This document shows positions 25,825 to 30,230 of a stretch of 30,230 nt of DNA, one piece after another. The DNA is from a virus (lineage: Duplodnaviria > Caudoviricetes). The notes under the pieces were generated by a model that worked only from the letters and a program-made list of their open reading frames with translations, ran no database searches and was not told the origin of the DNA. The stretch is from positions 1-30,230 of the IMG/VR virus record IMGVR_UViG_3300031953_000079, one strand, 5' to 3'. Numbering within the stretch: position 1 is the stretch's first letter; each line of letters opens with the position of its first letter. The position numbers were made by a program, and so were the translations under genes.

Positions 25825-26157
25825 TCAGCCTATTTTGGGCACGTTCCGCTCATTGCTGGAGCGGTTAAAGTGCGGAATATCCTCATCCAGATCGACGTAA
25901 GACGCTAAGATGACTTTCTCTAGATCTCCGGCGCTTATGGTGGCAAAACCGATCGACCCGCCCCCCGCCATACAGATCGCATGGCGCTCATGCTCTCGGA
26001 CCTTAACAGTAGGCCCCGCAACCAACGCTATTTGCTCGAGCATCGCTTTCGCTCGCAGCGGTCCAGTTGTGATGATGACCACGCGATTTCCCGCCAGCAT
26101 TTTGTCGATATGCTTATTGATCCACTGCATTTCATTTGGGTCTGTTTGATTGGTCAT
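25825..26157 (-). CDS. Hypothetical protein
   Basis: 110 aa; AAAGGAG RBS; ATGA coupling. Confidence 0.65.
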   Translation of the reverse strand: MTNQTDPNEMQWINKHIDKMLAGNRVVIITTGPLRAKAMLEQIALVAGPTVKVREHERHAICMAGGGSIGFATISAGDLEKVILASYVDLDEDIPHFNRSSNERNVPKIG

Positions 26158-26603
26158 GATGGGTCTCCTTTTTTAAGAGCTAGAATGGTATTTATGTCGT
26201 GCTGTACGCCCGGTGTGATCACCAAGTTATTGTCCTGATGAAGGGTTTTCAGTTCGCGCGCCGCCGCCTCAATCGCCGCGTTCCACACGTCCCTCTCTCG
26301 CGCTATCTCCTCCCGTCGCCTGCGCATCAGTCCCGGCTTTGGGGTGCCATGAACCTCGCGCGCCGCTTCCATCGCAGCGTCCCGTTCAATGGTGAGGTGT
26401 TCGATCTGGTCCAGTGCGGCGGCCGCACGAAGCTGGGCAACTGTTCGTTGCTCGACAGCATGGCCGTACAACTCGCGCAAGTGGGCGCTTTCGTCCAGCG
26501 CGGCGGTGAGGGCGTCGGCTATGACACACCTGTAGGGCATGGACAGTTCGCCGGTATGCCGTAAATCATCCACCATCGCGCGGGGATCTGTTTGATCGGT
26601 CAC
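26154..26603 (-). CDS. Hypothetical coiled-coil protein (early accessory type)
   Basis: 149 aa; GTGA coupling; WNAAIEAAA motif typical of early-region mosaic genes. Confidence 0.7.
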   Translation of the reverse strand: MTDQTDPRAMVDDLRHTGELSMPYRCVIADALTAALDESAHLRELYGHAVEQRTVAQLRAAAALDQIEHLTIERDAAMEAAREVHGTPKPGLMRRRREEIARERDVWNAAIEAAARELKTLHQDNNLVITPGVQHDINTILALKKGDPS

Positions 26604-26866
26604 GTCTCGTTTCCCTTCACTCTATCAGGCATCGATGCGACGTAGCGATAGGCCAGATCCAAGGCCGCCTCTGCGGTGCCTGCGCTTACCGTCGCAATGT
26701 GGTGGCGCTCGGCCCATAGGCTGACTTCGTGGCGGCCATCGGCCTTTGGGGTTACGGCGACCGGGTGCAGCGGCGCTTCGCCGGTCTTGGCGATCAGGGC
26801 CTCGCTGATGGCTGTCAGGCGGGGGCACGGTATCTCGCGCTCTATGTTTTTCGTGCGGCGGGTCAT
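26600..26866 (-). CDS. Hypothetical protein
   Basis: 88 aa from the ATGA-coupled start at 26866 (MTRRTKNIERE...). Confidence 0.65.
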   Translation of the reverse strand: MTRRTKNIEREIPCPRLTAISEALIAKTGEAPLHPVAVTPKADGRHEVSLWAERHHIATVSAGTAEAALDLAYRYVASMPDRVKGNET

Positions 26867-28695
26867 GCGTCGCCCCCACTCATCCCTTCGGGCACCCATG
26901 CGTCGATCGCGGCGATCTGGGCGCGGCTGAGGCCGTGAGCCTCCTGGACGGATGCGTCCTCAAAGAGTGCCTGCAGCTCCTTGGCTTTCTCGCCCTTCTT
27001 CAGGCGTGCAAACTCGCCGCGGCGTTCGTCAGTTTCGTCCAACTCCAGCAACTCTGCCCAGATACGATCGAGATAGTCAGCGCGGACGCGGGAAAAGAAG
27101 TTGGAGGCCGTGGGTGTCCATATCTTGCGGATCCGCTGTGCGCCCATTTCGGCCTGCAGAAACTGCAGAAGGGGTGCGCCTGTACTAGCTGCATTGATTG
27201 AGCGGGCAAGGCGGTGGGTCAGCACGGTATTCCGGTGCTTCTTGCCCTTGTCCTGAAACTCGGCAAATCCGCCGGGCGTCGGCGTGGCCTCAAAGCTGGG
27301 CCCGCTCGGAACATCTGTCAGGCGGGCATCGATGTGAGTGCCCTCCTCTACAGTGGGCGCGATGGATGGGCTTTCGAAGGTCACCGCAAGCGCGCCGCGA
27401 TAGCTGGGGCAGGCGCATTCGATCTGGTAGGCCAGCAGATCCAGCGCCAGTTCTGGTTTGTCGAGTATGGCGGTCTGGAGTGTGGCAAGTTGGATGCGCG
27501 ACAGATCCTCGGTCAGGTTGGCGGGATAGAGGGGCTTTTCTGGGGTTGTGCTGCTGGTGACCGTGTCGTCGCCCTTTGCGGATTTTGGTGCCGGTTTCCG
27601 GTATGGCCCGTGTGTCCTGATCAGGCCCACTCCGTCGACGTACAGGAACATGATGCCATGTTCGCGATCGTCATCGCTGACATCCCCAACCATGCGGGCC
27701 TGTAGTTCATTGATGCGGGCCTGATCGCGCTCATGAAACGGTTTGTCGAGTTGTGCGTCCAACTCGTCGGCGTCGGCCTCTGGCAGTTCAATTCGTTCGC
27801 GGTGAATGCGATCCATCCCGTCGCTCTTGCCGTAGTCAGCCCAACGGTTTTCGAACATCGGGCGCACCTCGGCCCAGCCGCCTTCGTCTTTCTCGCGGGC
27901 GCAGGCGGCTGTCAGCATGTCGCGAAATACCTGATCGAGCAGCTTCTCGTCGTGCAATACCTGATCGTCGCTGAACAGATCCTCTGTCATGGTGCCGCCC
28001 GCCTCGATGTAGGCGGGGATCCCGACATAGAGGGCGCGGCCATCGGTGCTGCTGATGGTGTCCTTGGTCAGGGCCGCGCGGACCTGCCGGGCGTTCCAGC
28101 CATCCTTGATTGCGGCGTCCAATACCAGCTGGGCCGATGCCTTGTCGCGCGCCAGCGTCAGTTCGCGGGCGGTGTCGAGGCTGATGGTGCCCTCGGCCAA
28201 TGCGTCGATCGCGGCTTTTGGCAGGTCTGCCAGTTTGAGCCGACGCGCGACGTGGGTGCCGGATTTTCCGAAGGCGCGGGCGATCATATCGGGGGAGTTG
28301 CCCTGGTCGCGCATGGCGGCGTAGGCGCGCACCTCATCGGCTGGGTTCAATGCCTCGCGGCCGATGTTCTCACCTGCCGCCCAAGACTGCGCCAGCATCG
28401 GGTCGCTCGTAATCAGGACCGGCACAGGGTTAGCTGGGGTCTGGGTTTCGTGGCGGCTCCAGCCTTCGGTCTGCAGCTTTTGCAGGCCGCGCAGGCGTAT
28501 GCCACCCGCGACGATGCCGATTTGCTCGGGATGCTCCGGATCGCGGTAGCCGAGCAGGTTTTGCATCAGGCCGGAAACCGCGATCGAGGCGGCTTTGTCC
28601 TCGATCATTTGATCGCTGACCGTCTGGCGCGGGTTCATCGGGTGGATGTACAGCTGGTCAAGCTGGATTTCGTCTAGGCTGGGGGGCGTGGTCAT
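26863..28695 (-). CDS. ParB/RepB/Spo0J-family protein with a long C-terminal extension
   Basis: 610 aa; IHPMNPRQ, SIAVSGLMQNL, IVAGGIRLRGL, ENIGREALNPADE and HTH IARAFGKSGTHVARRLKLADL. Confidence 0.9.
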   Translation of the reverse strand: MTTPPSLDEIQLDQLYIHPMNPRQTVSDQMIEDKAASIAVSGLMQNLLGYRDPEHPEQIGIVAGGIRLRGLQKLQTEGWSRHETQTPANPVPVLITSDPMLAQSWAAGENIGREALNPADEVRAYAAMRDQGNSPDMIARAFGKSGTHVARRLKLADLPKAAIDALAEGTISLDTARELTLARDKASAQLVLDAAIKDGWNARQVRAALTKDTISSTDGRALYVGIPAYIEAGGTMTEDLFSDDQVLHDEKLLDQVFRDMLTAACAREKDEGGWAEVRPMFENRWADYGKSDGMDRIHRERIELPEADADELDAQLDKPFHERDQARINELQARMVGDVSDDDREHGIMFLYVDGVGLIRTHGPYRKPAPKSAKGDDTVTSSTTPEKPLYPANLTEDLSRIQLATLQTAILDKPELALDLLAYQIECACPSYRGALAVTFESPSIAPTVEEGTHIDARLTDVPSGPSFEATPTPGGFAEFQDKGKKHRNTVLTHRLARSINAASTGAPLLQFLQAEMGAQRIRKIWTPTASNFFSRVRADYLDRIWAELLELDETDERRGEFARLKKGEKAKELQALFEDASVQEAHGLSRAQIAAIDAWVPEGMSGGDA

Positions 28696-28705
28696 GTGGG
28701 TTTCC

Positions 28706-29017
28706 TCAGTGCTTGGTCTCGCCAGCGTTCATCGCGGCGATGGTGGTGGCGTGAAATGTCTCGATCTCTTCGACCCACTGATCCATGAAGGCCAAGTCAG
28801 CTTCGGTCTCGGCTGTGCCGTCATCCATCCCGGCGGTCATGACGGCAAAAAGCTCGGCCGTGCCCGCAAAGAAGCAGATCCGCATAGTGCTGATTTGCTC
28901 TGGTGTCGCGCCGGGATAGACCTGCTGCTGAAACATCTTGAAGCAGGTGTCGACCAGCTTGCCGCGGCGCGCGAGTTTGCGCACTTGATTGCGGGCTATG
29001 TTGTCAAAGGCGGCCAT
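28706..29017 (-). CDS. Hypothetical protein
   Basis: 103 aa; EQISTMRICFFAG motif; GGAG RBS. Confidence 0.7.
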   Translation of the reverse strand: MAAFDNIARNQVRKLARRGKLVDTCFKMFQQQVYPGATPEQISTMRICFFAGTAELFAVMTAGMDDGTAETEADLAFMDQWVEEIETFHATTIAAMNAGETKH

Positions 29018-29224
29018 TCAACTGTTCTCCGGCTTGGGTGTGATGTTGCCTGACCACGCGTCGACAGCGTCGGGGGCAGTGGCCCATCCGTCGATGCGCA
29101 TGGGGCAGGCGATGTCGTGATTGCAGCGCACCTCGAAGCGGCGGCCTGGTTGAGAGTGCCGGGCATAGACCACGTCAGCGGCTGCGCCGCAGAATTGGCA
29201 GGCGAGGCTCATTTGTTCAGACAT
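29018..29224 (-). CDS. Lar-like (restriction alleviation) Zn-finger protein
   Basis: LACQFCG ... FEVRCNHDIAC ... DAVDAW, resembling the Lar pattern CPFCG ... V.C..C ... A..AWN. Confidence 0.6.
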   Translation of the reverse strand: MSEQMSLACQFCGAAADVVYARHSQPGRRFEVRCNHDIACPMRIDGWATAPDAVDAWSGNITPKPENS

Positions 29225-29522
29225 GCCGACTCCCAGCGTTCCCAGCTTGGCGGGCGATGCGGCCTGTCCAAGCGTCGAATTCGGTGCGCAGACGGTCGAA
29301 GTGATCGCGCGCGTCTGCGTCGTCGTTCAGCTGGCGGCGGCTATTGATGCGGCAGCAGTCGCGCAGGTATTCAGCAGCGGCACTGGCATTGAATGAGGCA
29401 TCCGGCAGGCCGCATCGCGTGGCGGCAAAGCGCTGGAAGCGGGGGTCATTGCACAGGATGCCAGCCCACTGAGCGGGGCTGAGCGATTTGGTTGTGGTGT
29501 GGATGTGCTGATGCTGGGTCAT
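29217..29522 (-). CDS. Conserved-type phage hypothetical protein
   Basis: AGILCNDPRFQRF ... YLRDCCRINSRRQL ... EFDAW pattern. Confidence 0.75.
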   Translation of the reverse strand: MTQHQHIHTTTKSLSPAQWAGILCNDPRFQRFAATRCGLPDASFNASAAAEYLRDCCRINSRRQLNDDADARDHFDRLRTEFDAWTGRIARQAGNAGSRHV

Positions 29523-29524
29523 GA

Positions 29525-30230
29525 CTATGCCGCCTGATCCTTCTGCATGTTTAACGCGTCAACGACCTGTGCGATGGCGCGCCTGCGCGCAGGTATGCCG
29601 TCTTGCCGCGCTTTGATGCGCGCTGCGTCCAGGATGTCCGGAATGTCCACGGCTTCAAAAACTGCGGACAGATCGAGGTGGAGGAAGCGTTGGTTGTGGG
29701 CGATGGCGGGCAGCCAAACGGCGAGGGTAGCGCCGTTATATGATTGGATGTCCTCGCCCATTTCACTGGCTCTGATGGCACGAAGGCCCGCTGTCACGGC
29801 ATCCGCCTCGCCATTCGCGATCATCTTGCGAATGAGGGCAACGGAATAGACTGTGCCTTGGGTTTTATCCTTCTGTGATGGTGTAGAGATCGCCATGGCG
29901 CATCCTGCTGCGTCGACGGCGGTCTTGACGCCCACTGCCCATTCGGTGCCTGCGGCAAGTTCTGCCCGGTAGATCGACAGAGGGTTCATCTTGATGCGAT
30001 CGCGGTTGATCGCAGCAAAGCCTGCGGCCTGCTGGCTGGGGGTCATCGGCACTGTCATGGCGGGTAGCTTGGCGATGCCGCAAAGAGCGGCGGCATGGGC
30101 CCGGTGCTGACCGTCGACCACTGCCAGCTTTCCGCCGTCTGTTGGTGCCACAAGGATCGGCTGGTATTTGCGCCAGTCGAAGCTGTTTGCGATGCGCTGA
30201 ATTGCTGTGCGCCCGGCAGGAGTGATGCTG
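29525..30230 (-). CDS. ParB N-terminal-like domain protein, 5' end outside the window
   Basis: Frame is open to the window edge: ...IQRIANSFDWRKYQPILVAPTDGGKLAVVDGQHRAHAA... Confidence 0.8.
   Translation of the reverse strand, partial: SITPAGRTAIQRIANSFDWRKYQPILVAPTDGGKLAVVDGQHRAHAAALCGIAKLPAMTVPMTPSQQAAGFAAINRDRIKMNPLSIYRAELAAGTEWAVGVKTAVDAAGCAMAISTPSQKDKTQGTVYSVALIRKMIANGEADAVTAGLRAIRASEMGEDIQSYNGATLAVWLPAIAHNQRFLHLDLSAVFEAVDIPDILDAARIKARQDGIPARRRAIAQVVDALNMQKDQAA

Larger units (their letters stand above)
1..30230. mobile_element. Temperate siphovirus (HK97/lambda-like) genome segment; no host genes visible
   Basis: Contiguous terminase-portal-protease-capsid-tail-lysis operon on +, integrase and early operon on -, putative attP between them. 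Confidence 0.97.

Overview
The whole window is one temperate, lambda/HK97-like siphovirus genome segment, about 60% GC by eye. Gene content suggests an alphaproteobacterial, probably Rhodobacteraceae-like, host (inference). The + strand (23-23117) is the late region: terminase small and large subunits, HK97 portal, ClpP-type prohead protease, major capsid, putative cement protein, head-tail joining genes, tail tube, tail chaperones with a -1 frameshift site, tape measure, tail tip with an embedded GNAT gene, and a lysis cassette (holin candidates, amidase, spanins). After lysis comes an unusual second fibre-like module (19071-22841) with a beta-helix protein, a 9 x 22-aa repeat protein and a small adaptor-like protein. 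The - strand (23114-30230) carries a tyrosine integrase, an excisionase-like HTH protein and an early/accessory operon with two ParB-domain proteins. Between the arms is an apparently intact attP: a tRNA 3'-end core, arm-type repeats and an IHF box. This suggests the sequence is the excised or virion form rather than an integrated prophage. All family calls come from reading motifs and synteny; no searches were run.
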